Assembly: GCA_963733415.1 (NCBI GenBank)
Contig: CAVTDM010000020.1
Span: forward strand, 17,852-81,851
DNA length: 64,000 nucleotides
From: an uncultured Gammaproteobacteria bacterium
GTDB lineage: Bacteria; Pseudomonadota; Gammaproteobacteria; Chromatiales; Chromatiaceae
Reading direction: 5' to 3'
Positions 11,664 to 22,319 of this stretch are shown in pieces. The notes under the pieces are model-generated. The model was not told the DNA's origin. It saw nothing but the letters and a program-made list of their open reading frames with translations, and did no database searches. How positions within the stretch are numbered: the first letter of the stretch is position 1; the number at the start of each line of letters is the position of its first letter. The translations under genes were made by a program, and so were the position numbers.

Positions 11664-12332
11664 TCAGGGCTTGACGGTCGTCAGGCCGACGCTCACCCAG
11701 TCCTGCATGCCGCCGCGGTACCACTTGAGCTTATGGACCGGGTAGCCGTACTTCAGCAGGGTCTTGAGGTTGGCGGTTGACTGAGGGCACCAGATGCCAT
11801 TGCAGAAGAGCACCAGGGTCTTGGCCTTACTAAAATCCCACTTGCCCCCCTCGAGTTGGGTGGCGCCGAACTCATCGGCCAGGATGTGAGTCAGTCCTTC
11901 GGCCTCCGTCGGGGTCTCGAAGGTCCCCGCGGTGTCGATATTGATCTTGTTCCAGGGGATGCTGATCGACCCTGGGATGGTGCCCCGCAGGACCCAGTCC
12001 GGGGTGCGAGAGTCCACCACCAGGACGGACTCGTCACCCTTCGCCATGCGTTGGAGGTAATCGAGTAGCTCCAGCTCGCCGACGGTGTCGATGCCAGGGG
12101 CCGCGACCATGGGTTGGACACAGAAGGGTGGGCAGCCGCGCTCAGTCTTGCTGAAGAACTCGGGCAGAGTGGCGTCTGGATTATGGCCGCGCTGTACAGT
12201 GATCGGCTGGCCGTTGTGCATGACCTGGACCGTTTCGAGGTTGGCGGCGATCTTGTTGTCTGCTGCGGCGGCGGGATGCGCGGCAGCAAAGCCGGACAGA
12301 AGGGCGATGGTAAGGACGGCTGAGGTTTTCAT
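11664..12332 (-). CDS. soxL: periplasmic rhodanese-like sulfurtransferase SoxL
   Basis: signal peptide, CPPFC, DSRTPDW, FCNGIWCPQS, WYRGGMQDW; last gene of soxXAKL. Confidence 0.85.
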   Translation of the reverse strand: MKTSAVLTIALLSGFAAAHPAAAADNKIAANLETVQVMHNGQPITVQRGHNPDATLPEFFSKTERGCPPFCVQPMVAAPGIDTVGELELLDYLQRMAKGDESVLVVDSRTPDWVLRGTIPGSISIPWNKINIDTAGTFETPTEAEGLTHILADEFGATQLEGGKWDFSKAKTLVLFCNGIWCPQSTANLKTLLKYGYPVHKLKWYRGGMQDWVSVGLTTVKP

Positions 12333-12447
12333 GGGACGGGCCTCCGAAACAGGCGCGTGGCGTAGGGGTTGCTGGATAGACCAGTTGCAAGACAGACCAG
12401 GGGTGCGATCGGCCAGCCAGGTGCTGTGCCGAGCACGTTGGTGGTCA

Positions 12448-13059
12448 TTACTTCTGCTGGGGGTGAACATAAGACGGGAAGGTTGCGCCCTTCTGGCTGA
12501 TGGCCTGCGCATAGCCCATTTCCCCCTGCCGCTTCGCCTTGTTCGCCAGCTTGACCGCGGCGTCGAATTCACCGGTCTTCACCAGGTCACCGGCGTCTTT
12601 GATCATCTTGGCGGTGTCGCGCCACTCACCACCCACCGAGTCGGCCTTCTTACGTGCCGCCTCGGCGGCGGCGATGGCGGCCTCGGCCTCAGCCGCGGTG
12701 GCCTTGTTGGCGGTTGCGGGGGTCGGTGTACCGGCAGTCGTCGCCCCGCCGGGCGCGCCGGCGGAGGGTTTTGTGGCGGCCGCTTGGGAAAGGGCAAACT
12801 CGGCCTCCTTGCGCGCCTTATTGGCGATTTCGATCGCCTTGGTGTACTGCCTGGAAGGGATCAGCCCGGTCGCCTCCTTGATCAGATCGGCGGCGTCACC
12901 GCCCTTGGTCCCGGCGGCGGTGGCCTGCTCAAGGGCGGTCTTGGCCGCCGCGAGGGCCTGCTCCACCTCGGCACGGCTGGCGGCCCAGAGGTTTGTCACC
13001 GGGGCGGCCAGGACCAGGACTGCGGCCAGGACTCCTGGGAATGGGATGCGAATCTTCAT
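12448..13059 (-). CDS. soxK: SoxAX-binding protein SoxK
   Basis: signal peptide, Ala-rich helices, GGEWRDT motif; directly downstream of soxA. Confidence 0.82.
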   Translation of the reverse strand: MKIRIPFPGVLAAVLVLAAPVTNLWAASRAEVEQALAAAKTALEQATAAGTKGGDAADLIKEATGLIPSRQYTKAIEIANKARKEAEFALSQAAATKPSAGAPGGATTAGTPTPATANKATAAEAEAAIAAAEAARKKADSVGGEWRDTAKMIKDAGDLVKTGEFDAAVKLANKAKRQGEMGYAQAISQKGATFPSYVHPQQK

Positions 13060-13154
13060 TTTGTGTGGACTCCTCTCGTGCTCCAAGGACCGCTGCATCC
13101 GCCGGGTGCAGCAGCCAAACGCGATCTAGCGGGATCGGGCGCCTGCTGATGACC

Positions 13155-13997
13155 CTACTTACGGGCGCCGGGGCCGTTCAGTGCCAGGCCGTTATCCATG
13201 TATTTCATGAAGTACTCCAGGTTGCGGTACTCCTCGCTCTGCCCAGCAAAGGCCTTGGCGCGAACTTGTTCGTTGCAGCCCTTGTAACGCCGGTGCAGGG
13301 TGGCGATCTCGCCCCACTTGGAGCGGTAGACCGGGAAGTGAGTGGTATGGCCGAAACCGGGGCTCAGAATCTCCGTGCGCAGGGTGGTGCCGGAATTTCC
13401 CATGTGGCAATGGGCGCAGGAGAAATTGAATTGGCCGCGGCGGGCGAAGTAAAACTCCTTACCCTTCTCGTAAGCCGCTAGGGCGCGTGGGTCGTCCGCC
13501 GGGATCTCGACCTGGATGGTCTGGCCCCGGGACTCGAAGGCGATATAGGCATCCAGTTCGGCCATCGGCCCCAGGAAATACCCGTAGGGTTTCTCGCCAT
13601 TAGCCTCACGGCATTCGTTCAGCACCAGTGGCAGGGTGATCACCATTCCCCGCTCTTTGCTCCAGTGAGGAAACTTGTTGCCGACGGCGGGTCCCTCGGG
13701 GAGGCAGTCCTTATAGGTCTTGCCGTTCGCGAAGGGGGTCTCCCAGAGCGTCTTGCCGTTATCGATGGCCGCCTCGTAGGGCGGAAACTCCTCGATCGCC
13801 TCCCAGTTTTCACGCCCGGCCGGATCGAGGGCGTAGGCGCCGTTCTTGAAATCGTCCACCGGGACCTGGGGGAAGCGTTGCTTGAAAAAGCCCTGGAAGG
13901 TCGCCTGATCCTCTTGGGGCGTGGTGGCGATGGCGAGGGGGACGGCCAGGGCGCACGCCAGGGCGACGCCCGTCACGGTCATTGCGGTCTTGTTCAT
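13155..13997 (-). CDS. soxA: sulfur oxidation c-type cytochrome SoxA (monoheme)
   Basis: RRGQFNFSCAHCH, FPVYRSKWG, GCNEQVRA; only one CxxCH. Confidence 0.96.
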   Translation of the reverse strand: MNKTAMTVTGVALACALAVPLAIATTPQEDQATFQGFFKQRFPQVPVDDFKNGAYALDPAGRENWEAIEEFPPYEAAIDNGKTLWETPFANGKTYKDCLPEGPAVGNKFPHWSKERGMVITLPLVLNECREANGEKPYGYFLGPMAELDAYIAFESRGQTIQVEIPADDPRALAAYEKGKEFYFARRGQFNFSCAHCHMGNSGTTLRTEILSPGFGHTTHFPVYRSKWGEIATLHRRYKGCNEQVRAKAFAGQSEEYRNLEYFMKYMDNGLALNGPGARK

Positions 13998-14024
13998 TGC
14001 GTGTGTTCCTGCGGTAGCGCTGGC

Positions 14025-14408
14025 TTACAGGGACCAGACGTAGGCGACGACGTCGGCGATCTCCTGATTGGTCAGGATCTCGTGGCGGCCGAAGGGGGGC
14101 ATAGCGGCCTCGGGGGTCTTTACCGTGGCGTCCCAGATCTGGATGGCAAGGGCCTCTTTACTCGGGTAGCGGGTCGGCATGGCAATCAGGGCCGGACCGA
14201 TGGCACCCGGGGACTCGCCGCCGACGATCAGATGACAGGCGATACAGTTACCCTTGCTGCGATCCATCACGATGGCCTTACCCTTGGCCGCGTCGCCGCT
14301 GCTGACGTCGATCTTAGGGGCCTCGGTGGCGATGGCGGCGGCGCCCAGGGCCAGGCCGCCGAGGGTGAGCGCGGCCAGGCCGCGCCGGGATGGACGGGGA
14401 GTTTTCAC
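14025..14408 (-). CDS. soxX: sulfur oxidation c-type cytochrome SoxX
   Basis: KGNCIACH, IGPAL, MPPFG. Confidence 0.94.
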   Translation of the reverse strand: MKTPRPSRRGLAALTLGGLALGAAAIATEAPKIDVSSGDAAKGKAIVMDRSKGNCIACHLIVGGESPGAIGPALIAMPTRYPSKEALAIQIWDATVKTPEAAMPPFGRHEILTNQEIADVVAYVWSL

Positions 14409-14932
14409 GGATTGTTCCTCCTGACGGGATTAGCTTCTTGGTGTCAGTACCGAAGGGACGGAAGTTTGCTTCCGCGCCCGGATTATTCTTGTCGTTGCTG
14501 CGTTCGTGTCAGTCGCCGGGGGTTTGACTCCCGGGATAACCAGCGAGCCGGGCTGCGGCTTGCCCCGGTGCCGCGCTGGTGCGCCTGATCCTATCGTGTC
14601 CGGCGCATGCTAGCACGGGTGAGGGCCATAATCCGATAGGGACCGGGTGGAATTTCCGACCATGGCGCAGGGTGCCTGTTCGCGGGCATACTACGGGCGG
14701 CGCGGTGACGGTGGTTCTCAGCAACCGCGGTCAATCCAAAGCCACCCGTGGGTGTGGTCTGCGGCCGCGATGGGGTGCTTTGCGGTAGCGGCCGCGACCC
14801 TTCTCGGCCGCCGTTCGTTCCCAGTTCACGCCGGCCCCACCACGCTGGCCCCAATGGCACGGTAATCAGAAGAACCAACGAACCCGGGGCCACTGCGACC
14901 TTTCCTTACTACCACCTCGGAGGATTACCAGA

Positions 14933-16714
14933 GTGACCATCTCCCGTCGCGAATTCGTGCGTCTCATGGGTCTGGCCGGGGCGGCCGGGATGTTGCCGAC
15001 TTCGGTCTTTGCCGCCGCCCGCCAGCCGGGCGACCTCTATGAAGTGCCCAAGTTCGGCAACGTCACGCTGCTGCACATCACCGATACCCATGCCCAGCTC
15101 AACCCCGTCTGGTTCCGGGAGCCGAATGTCAACCTCGGCCTCGGCAACGCGCTGGGTCAGCCGCCCCACCTGGTGGGGGAGTCCTTCCTGAAGCACTTCG
15201 GGGTGGCGCCGGGCGGGATCGAGTCCCACGCCTTCACCTTTCTGGACTTCGATCGAGGGGCCGAGCGCTTTGGCGCCGTGGGCGGCTTTGCGCACGTGAA
15301 GACCCTGGTGGACCGGCTGCGGGCTGAGCGTGGCGACGGTAACAGTCTGCTGCTGGACGGAGGCGACACCTGGCAGGGCTCCGGCACTGCCTACTGGACC
15401 CGCGGTCAGGACATGGTGGGTGCCTGCAACCTGCTGGGCGTGGACGTGATGACCGGTCACTGGGAGTTCACCTATCTGGACACGGAGGTCATCAAGAACA
15501 TCGAGGCCTTCAAGGGCGACTTCGTGGCCCAGAACGTGAAGGTGCGGGAAGAGGCCCTGTTCGACTACAAGTTCCCTGACTTCCCCGGCTTCAACGAGGA
15601 TTCAGGGCTCGCCTTCAAGCCCTATGTCATCAAAGAAGTCGGGGGCGTCAAGGTGGCAGTCATCGGCCAGGCCTTTCCGTACACCCCCATCGCCAACCCC
15701 CAGCGCTTCATCCCGGACTGGAGCTTCGGCATCGAGGATGGCCGGATGCAGGAGATCATCGACAAGGTCCGGGGGGAGGAGAAACCCGACCTGGTGGTGG
15801 TCCTCTCCCACAACGGCATGGATGTGGACCTGAAACTGGCCTCCCGCGTCACTGGGATCGATGTCATCTTCGGCGGCCACACCCATGATGGTATCCCCGC
15901 GCCGACGGTCGTCGAGAACAAGGGCGGCAAGACGTTAGTCACCAACGCCGGCTCCAACGGCAAGTTTTTGGGGGTCATGGACCTGGACGTGAAGGACGGC
16001 AAGCTGCGGGATTTCCGCTATCGGCTGTTGCCAGTCTTCTCCAATCTCATCAAGCCTAACCCGGAGATGGCGAAATACATCACCGAGGTGCGTGCCCCCT
16101 ACCTGGATCAACTGACCGAGAAGCTGGCGACCGCGGAGCAGACCCTCTTCCGTCGCGGCAACTTCAATGGCACTTTTGATCAAGTGATCTGCGATGCCCT
16201 GATCAAGGTCAAGGACGCCCAGATCAGCCTCTCCCCAGGCTTCCGCTGGGGTACCACGGTCCTGCCGGGTCAGACCATCACCATGGATAACCTCATGGAC
16301 CAGACCTGTATCACCTACCCGGAGACCTATCGCCGGGAGATGACCGGGGCAGACATCAAGATGATCCTGGAGGACGTCTGCGACAATCTCTTCAACCCGG
16401 ACCCCTATGTGCAGCAAGGCGGTGACATGGTGCGCGTCGGGGGCCTGGATTACGTGTGTGACCCGACCCAGACCATTGGCAGCCGCATCTCCGAGATGCA
16501 GTTGAACGACGGGACCAAGATCGATGCGGATAAGACCTACGTGGTCGCCGGCTGGGCCACGGTGGGCAGCCAGTCCCCCGGAGAACCCATCTGGGAAACG
16601 GTGGCCGAGTACCTGCGGGACGTAAAGACCGTCAAGATCGATCGGCTCAACAGCCCCAAGCTCAAAGGTGTCAAGGGCAACCCGGGGATCGCGGATTATC
16701 CGGCGATGGGTTGA
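14933..16714 (+). CDS. soxB: thiosulfohydrolase SoxB
   Basis: Tat signal SRREF, HITDTHAQL, DGGDTWQG, GHWEF, SHNG, GGHTHD, FRRGNFNG. Confidence 0.97.
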   Translation: MTISRREFVRLMGLAGAAGMLPTSVFAAARQPGDLYEVPKFGNVTLLHITDTHAQLNPVWFREPNVNLGLGNALGQPPHLVGESFLKHFGVAPGGIESHAFTFLDFDRGAERFGAVGGFAHVKTLVDRLRAERGDGNSLLLDGGDTWQGSGTAYWTRGQDMVGACNLLGVDVMTGHWEFTYLDTEVIKNIEAFKGDFVAQNVKVREEALFDYKFPDFPGFNEDSGLAFKPYVIKEVGGVKVAVIGQAFPYTPIANPQRFIPDWSFGIEDGRMQEIIDKVRGEEKPDLVVVLSHNGMDVDLKLASRVTGIDVIFGGHTHDGIPAPTVVENKGGKTLVTNAGSNGKFLGVMDLDVKDGKLRDFRYRLLPVFSNLIKPNPEMAKYITEVRAPYLDQLTEKLATAEQTLFRRGNFNGTFDQVICDALIKVKDAQISLSPGFRWGTTVLPGQTITMDNLMDQTCITYPETYRREMTGADIKMILEDVCDNLFNPDPYVQQGGDMVRVGGLDYVCDPTQTIGSRISEMQLNDGTKIDADKTYVVAGWATVGSQSPGEPIWETVAEYLRDVKTVKIDRLNSPKLKGVKGNPGIADYPAMG

Positions 16715-16820
16715 ACGAACATCAGGCATCCCACTCGTCGCTCCCGTCGCTCGCAACTTGGAACAAGGTGCTTGGGTAGACCCGCCCCCGTGACCTACAG
16801 GTAAAAACGCTTGACATTCC

Positions 16821-16859
16821 GCAGCTCTTATCTTGACAGGACGTCAAGATAAGAGCTGC
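16821..16859. terminator. perfect 17-bp inverted repeat overlapping the DUF294 gene stop
   Basis: GCAGCTCTTATCTTGAC-AGGAC-GTCAAGATAAGAGCTGC between convergent genes. Confidence 0.55.
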
Positions 16860-18341
16860 TGACGCAACCGTAATTGCAGTCGTTTCGCCTGCTTAAAGGC
16901 TTCCTTCAGCATCAACCGGTGGATGTCATTGAGGTCATCCGGGTTGACCCGATTCACCGCGTCCGGATCCTTGGTCTTGAACTGCTGGCTGATGCGGAAG
17001 CGCTGAATCAGGTGGAAGGCCTCGACCTCGGCGGCAACGTCCCCGCTCGCGCGCCTCTGGCGGTCCCGGCCGCGCGCAGACGCTCGGCGGTGTTGGTGGC
17101 CCAGACACCGTGCTGGAGGGCCAAGATTCGGGCCGGGTCCATGAAGAGCCGGGCGCCCTGGGTCTTGAGATCGATGGTGTGGGGGAAATCGCGGTTGCGG
17201 TCATAGCTGAACTGCCCGGTCCAGCCCAAGGGCGGGGCGACACCCACCGCCTGTTCCGCCAGGTTGCGCAGGAAACGCTCCGCCCTCCGGCACTCGCCGA
17301 TCAGCCAGGCGCGCAGACGGTCGGCGGGCTCGAAGCTGCCGTAGAGGGGGCGGAAGTCGAAGAAGATGGTGCTGTTGAGCAGGGCCTCGGGTTCGGGCTC
17401 GTTAATCCAGTTCGCGAAGCGTTTGCGCCACTCCGTCCGCGCTCAGGCACCAGGCCGGATTGCCGGCCATGATGTTGCCCCGGCAGCGCTCGAACCCGCA
17501 GTGGTGCAGGGCCTGGTTGACCGCCTGGGCGAAGGGCAGGAAGGCGGCGCGCAGGGCCTCGGTGGCCGCAGGGTCCGGCGGGACGAAGATGAGCCCGTTG
17601 TCCTGATCGGTGGCAAAGGTCTGCTCCAGCCGCCCCTCGGAGCCGAAGACCAGCCAGCACCAGGGCACGGCGGGCAGGTCGAATTCGTCCTCCATGATCT
17701 CGATGACGCGCAGGGCGATCAGGTCGTTGAGCCCGGACATCCACTGGCAGAGGGCCTCCACCCCCATGCCGGCGTGGAAGAGTTCGGCGCCCCGGCGGCG
17801 CACCTGGTCCGCGGCCAGGGTCATGGCGTCCAGGTCCCGGGCAGCGCCGATGGTCGCGATCAGGGCCTCGGCCCCGCCGGCCTGAAGGCCCAGCAGGTCT
17901 GCCTGGCTGACCAGTCCGAACAGGCGCCCATTGGACTCCGTGAGCACCAGATGTTTGGCGCCCTTTTTCGCCATCATCACCTTGGCCCGATGGGCACGGG
18001 GAGTCCGCGGCGATGGTCAGCGGAGCGCCGATCATGTGGACGGCCACCGGGTCGTCCAGCCCGCCCCCCTCGAAGCAGACGACATGGATCATCTCGCGCA
18101 GGGTAACGAGCCCCAGCGGGAGCCCGCTGGCCGCGTCTGCAACCACCGCCGCGTCCTCCTGACCCTGGCTGATGCGGTAGAGGGTGTCACGCAGGCTGGT
18201 GTCCGGGGTCACCACCGGCGGGTGGCGCCGTGCGAGGCTGCGTAGCAGGGTCTGATCGCCCTCGCTGATCTGCTCCATGACCGAGGTCAGGTCGGAGTCT
18301 TCCAGCCCGGGGGCCGGTGGCAGGTGGTCGGTGTCGCTCAT
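16844..18341 (-). CDS. CBS-domain / DUF294 putative nucleotidyltransferase protein (apparent frameshifts)
   Basis: CBS pair, then FGSEGRLEQTFATDQDNGL, CRGNIMAGNP, IDLKTQG and C-terminal VNPDDLN...LKEAF, spread over several frames; stop TGA at 16844-16846. Confidence 0.85.
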
Positions 18342-18417
18342 CTCGGGTCTTCCAGATGTTGGCGGGTGGTGGCGGGCTGGGGCCGGTCGCGGGGCGCAAT
18401 TCAGCCCCGGGCTCCAC

Positions 18418-18473
18418 TGGTCTCGATCAGGTAGTCTCGATCAGGTGGTCTGGATCAGGTGGTCTGGATCAGT
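18418..18473. repeat. 14-bp tandem repeat x4 (TGGTCTSGATCAGG)
   Basis: four near-identical units; the last overlaps the response regulator stop codon. Confidence 0.85.
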
Positions 18474-18843
18474 CGGCGCCAGCCAATAGTTCCTTGGCCT
18501 TGGCGATCAGGGCCTGGGTGGAGAAGGGTTTCGCCATGTAGGCGTCGGCGCCCAGGCCCAGGCCCTTCTTCTGCTCCGCCTCGCGGCCCTTGGCGGTGAG
18601 CATCAGGACGCGGGTGGCGGCCAAGTCCGCGTCTTCGCGCACCGCTTGCAGGACCGCGAATCCGTCGAGCTTGGGCATCATGACGTCCAGTACCACCAGG
18701 TTCGGTCGCTGTTCGCGGATGGCGGCCAGGCCCTCCTCACCGTCGCGGGCCACGCTCACCGCGAAACCCTCGCGCTTGAGCAGGAATTCCAGCGAGATGA
18801 CGATGTTGGGTTCGTCGTCGATGATCAGGACGCGGGTGCTCAT
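18469..18843 (-). CDS. stand-alone response regulator receiver protein
   Basis: VLIIDDE, VVLDVMMP, MLTA, KPF; no output domain. Confidence 0.92.
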   Translation of the reverse strand: MSTRVLIIDDEPNIVISLEFLLKREGFAVSVARDGEEGLAAIREQRPNLVVLDVMMPKLDGFAVLQAVREDADLAATRVLMLTAKGREAEQKKGLGLGADAYMAKPFSTQALIAKAKELLAGAD

Positions 18844-18852
18844 AACGGGTTC

Positions 18853-21601
18853 TCACTCTTCGGTCGCGACGGGGGCGAGGGCGGGCAGCTCAAAACACAG
18901 GGTAGCACCTTCGGTGGAGCCGGCCGCCGCCCAGATGCGGCCGCCGAAATTCTCGACGATCTGGCGGCTGATGGGCAGTCCCAGCCCGGTGCCGATGGGC
19001 TTCTCGCCGCCGCTCGCGGCCTGGCGAAACTTCTCGAACACCAGGTCCAGCTCATGGGCGGGGATGCCGCGCCCGTTGTCCGCCACGCATACCCGCCAGT
19101 TCGCACCCTCCCGGGTGAGGCGCACCACGACCCGTCCGTCCGCAGTCGGGACGAACTTGGCGGCATTGGAGAGGAGGTTGACCAGGACTTGAACGAGGCG
19201 GTCCCGGTCGGCCATGACCCAGGGCGGTGCCGGATCGCCCCCGGTATCCAGGTCCAGCGTCAGTTCCGCCCCGCGCTCGGCGATCAACTGGCCGGTGGCG
19301 GCCACGGACTGGTCGATGACGTCCTTGAGATCCACCTGCTCGATCTGCCAGTCCGCGTGCCCGGACTCGATCTTGGCGAGGTCCAGGACCTGATTGACCA
19401 AGCGCGAGAGGCGCTCGGTCTCGCTTACCAGAATACCCAGGAAACGCTTGCGCTCGCTGATTTCGATTTCCGGGTCGTGGTGGAGGATCTCCGAGAAGGC
19501 GCGGATGGAGGCGAGCGGCGTGCGCAGTTCATGGGTGACCGAGGACATGAAGTCGTCCTTGAGCCGATCCAGTTCCTGAAGCCGCTCGATTGGCGGCGCG
19601 CAGCGACTCGGTGGCCGCCTCCAGTTCCCGGGACTTCTGCTCCAACTCCCGGCTGTAGGCCCTAACCTGGGAGGCCTCGTCGAGGATGTTCAGCACCTCG
19701 TCGAGCCCCAGGGTCTCTTCTTCCGTGACCGAGGCGACCATGACCCGGGCCGAGGCCCCGCCGATGGCCCCCGAGAGCAGGGTTTCGGCGAAGGCGACAG
19801 TCTGGGCATCCGCGGGGAGGTCGCCCGGGGTGGCGATCCCCCGGGATTGGGCAAAGCCCCGAAGGCCCGGCGGGTGCGCTTCGGCCCCCAGGAAGCGTTC
19901 GGCCAAGGCCATCAGCTCCGCTATTTCCGCACTGCCCCGCCAGAGGGGCAGTCCGGTGCGTGCGGCCCTGTTTCATGGCGTCAACATAGAGGCCGGCCTG
20001 GGCGGCCTCCGCCGCGTTGGGGGAGCGCAGGCCTGAGACCGTCAGGAAGGCGCCGATATTGGCGGTTAGGCTCCAGAACAGGCTGTGGGTGACGTCGTTC
20101 CAGCCGGTGAGACCAAACAGGGCCTGGGGTCTCGAACAGGTCAACGCCGAAAATCCCCGAGTCCATAAACATTGGGGGCAACCAGCCGGAGCGGGCGAAG
20201 GACGGCAGTAACAATGTATAGATCCAGACCACGAAGCCCGCCGTGAGCCCCGCCAGGGCGCCCTCCCGGGTGCCGCCGCGCCAGTACAGAGCGGCGAACA
20301 CCACCGGCGCGAATTGGGCGACGGCGGCAAAGCTGATGAGCCCGATGGCCACCAGGGCATAGGCCTCCCCGGCCAGCCGATAATAAAGGTAGCCCAGGAG
20401 CAGAATGACCAGGATCGCCAGGCGGCGGATCACGAGCAGCCAGCGGCCCAGGTGCGCGTCAAACGGGCGTCGCTGCCAGCGCCGCAGCAGGACCGGCAGC
20501 ACCAGATCGTTGCTCGACCATGGTGGACAGGGCGATCACCTCCACGATCACCATGCCGGTGGCGGCCGAGAGCCCGCCGATGAAGACCGCCAGGGCCAGC
20601 CAGGGCTGTCCGAAGGCCATGGGCAGGGTCAGCACGAAGGTGTCCGGGTCCACCTGGCCGTCCGGGAAGACCAGGAGCCCGGCCACGGCGATGGGGATCA
20701 CGAACAGGTTGATCAGCAACAGATAGAGCGGAAAGAGCCAGATCGCCCGGCGGATCTGCCGCTCGTCGCTGTTTTCCACCACCGCCACCTGGAACTGGCG
20801 GGGCAGGAGCATCACGGCCAGCCCCGCCAGGAGCGAGATGGCGAACCAGTCGGCCGGGGACTGGATGCGGGGTTCCAGTAGGTTGGCCACCAGCGGATTC
20901 CCGGTGGTTGAGGGCAGGTCGGGGCCACCGATCCCGAACAGGCTCAGGCTGACCCAGATCCCCACCGCCAGGAAGGCGGCCAGCTTGACGATGGACTCGC
21001 AGGCGATCGCCGCCACCATCCCCTCGTGGCGCTCGCTGGCGTCCAGTTGGCGGGTACCGAAGAGAATCGTAAAGGCCGCCAGCAACAGCGTGATGATGAA
21101 GGCTGTGTCCTGCCAGTAGGGCAGGCCCAGGGCCGTCGGCATCCGTACCTCCGGGTAGTGGAGCAGGATGGTGAAACTCCAGGCGATGGCCTTCAATTGC
21201 AGGGCGATGTAGGGCACCACCCCGACGATGGCGATCACCGTCACCAGGCCGCCCAGTAACTGGCTCATGCCGTAGCGCGAGGCGATGAAGTCTGCGATCG
21301 AGGTAATGCGCTGGGACTTGCTCACCCGCACCATCTTGACCAGCACCGCCCCCCACAGGAGCGCGACCAGGGTCGGGCCCAGATAGATGGTGAGGAAGCC
21401 CAGGCCAGTGGCGGCGGCCCGGCCGACGCTGCCGTAAAAGGTCCAGGCGGTGCAGTAGACGGCCAGCGAAAGGGCATAGACCGTGGGGTTGCCGATCACC
21501 GAACGGCCCCGGTCGGCGCGGCGATCCGCCCAATAGGCGACGGCGAAGAGCACCCCGAGATAGGCGCAGGCGACGCCGATGATCAGGGGGCCGGTGATCA
21601 T
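18853..21601 (-). CDS. sodium:solute symporter-fused sensor histidine kinase (CrbS/CbrA/PrlS-like; apparent frameshifts)
   Basis: YALSLAVYCTAWTFYGSVG, TSIADFIASRY, LPRQFQVAVVEN, LSGAIGGASAR, SVTHELRTPL, NLLSNAAKF, GTGLGL across several frames. Confidence 0.88.
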
Positions 21602-21638
21602 GGTCCGGGGTTCCGTGCTGGCGTGGACGGCGTTGCGC

Positions 21639-21839
21639 TCACTCCCGACCCCGGGTACAGATCCAGGCGGCGGTGGCGATCACCAAGGCCCAGACGCCGA
21701 ACAGATACACATAAAGAGCGGGGATGCCCGCCCAGTCAGGCGCCGACGCGAAGCGGGTGATCAGGGGCGAGAAGAAGGCAAAGAGTGCGGCCAGGAAGAG
21801 GGCCAGCAGGCGTTGTCGCAGCAGGGGCGCGCGAGGCAT
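21639..21839 (-). CDS. small two-TM membrane protein (DUF3311-like partner of the symporter kinase)
   Basis: GIPALYVYLFGVWALVI; directly upstream of the symporter kinase. Confidence 0.75.
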   Translation of the reverse strand: MPRAPLLRQRLLALFLAALFAFFSPLITRFASAPDWAGIPALYVYLFGVWALVIATAAWICTRGRE

Positions 21840-21925
21840 GGCGGGAACCCTCGGTTATTCCGGCGTTCTGCCGGAATAACGCTGTTCAACAATCGATCGA
21901 GAACGGCCGCTAAGCGGTCTTGCGC

Positions 21926-22144
21926 CTAACGGTCGGTCGGGGGCTCGCCGTTGTTGGTGTTGACTTCAATGATGTTATAGATTGGGCAGTAACGGAGGTA
22001 GGCGGTCCCCATCAAGGCCAGGGCGAGAAGCCCGAATAGCCAGCTTTCCAGACGCAGTGCGGTGAGGACCAGGGCGAAGCCGACGATGGCGCGGATCAGC
22101 CGATCAGTCTTGCCCATATTGACCTTACTCAGGTCGAGGTTCAT
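21926..22144 (-). CDS. DUF2892 (YgaP-like) membrane protein
   Basis: NMGKTDRLIR, two hydrophobic segments, YCPIY. Confidence 0.85.
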   Translation of the reverse strand: MNLDLSKVNMGKTDRLIRAIVGFALVLTALRLESWLFGLLALALMGTAYLRYCPIYNIIEVNTNNGEPPTDR

Positions 22145-22319
22145 GGCGATTACTCCAGATAGATTATGATGTGCCGGGGGGAGGTTCGGTAGGGGCTGGC
22201 GCGGACCCGCGGATGGTCCGCCGCCCGTACCGGTCTGGTCCGCTCGTCTTAACGGGAGCTTTAAGCCCTGGCATAGTAGGGGTTGTGGATCCGCCCCGTC
22301 AAAGCCCAGGAATTCGCCC

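Noticed and set aside
14515-14534. tRNA-like T-arm (CCGGGGGTTTGACTCCCGG) in the sox intergenic region
   Set aside because: No acceptor stem, D-arm or anticodon arm around it.
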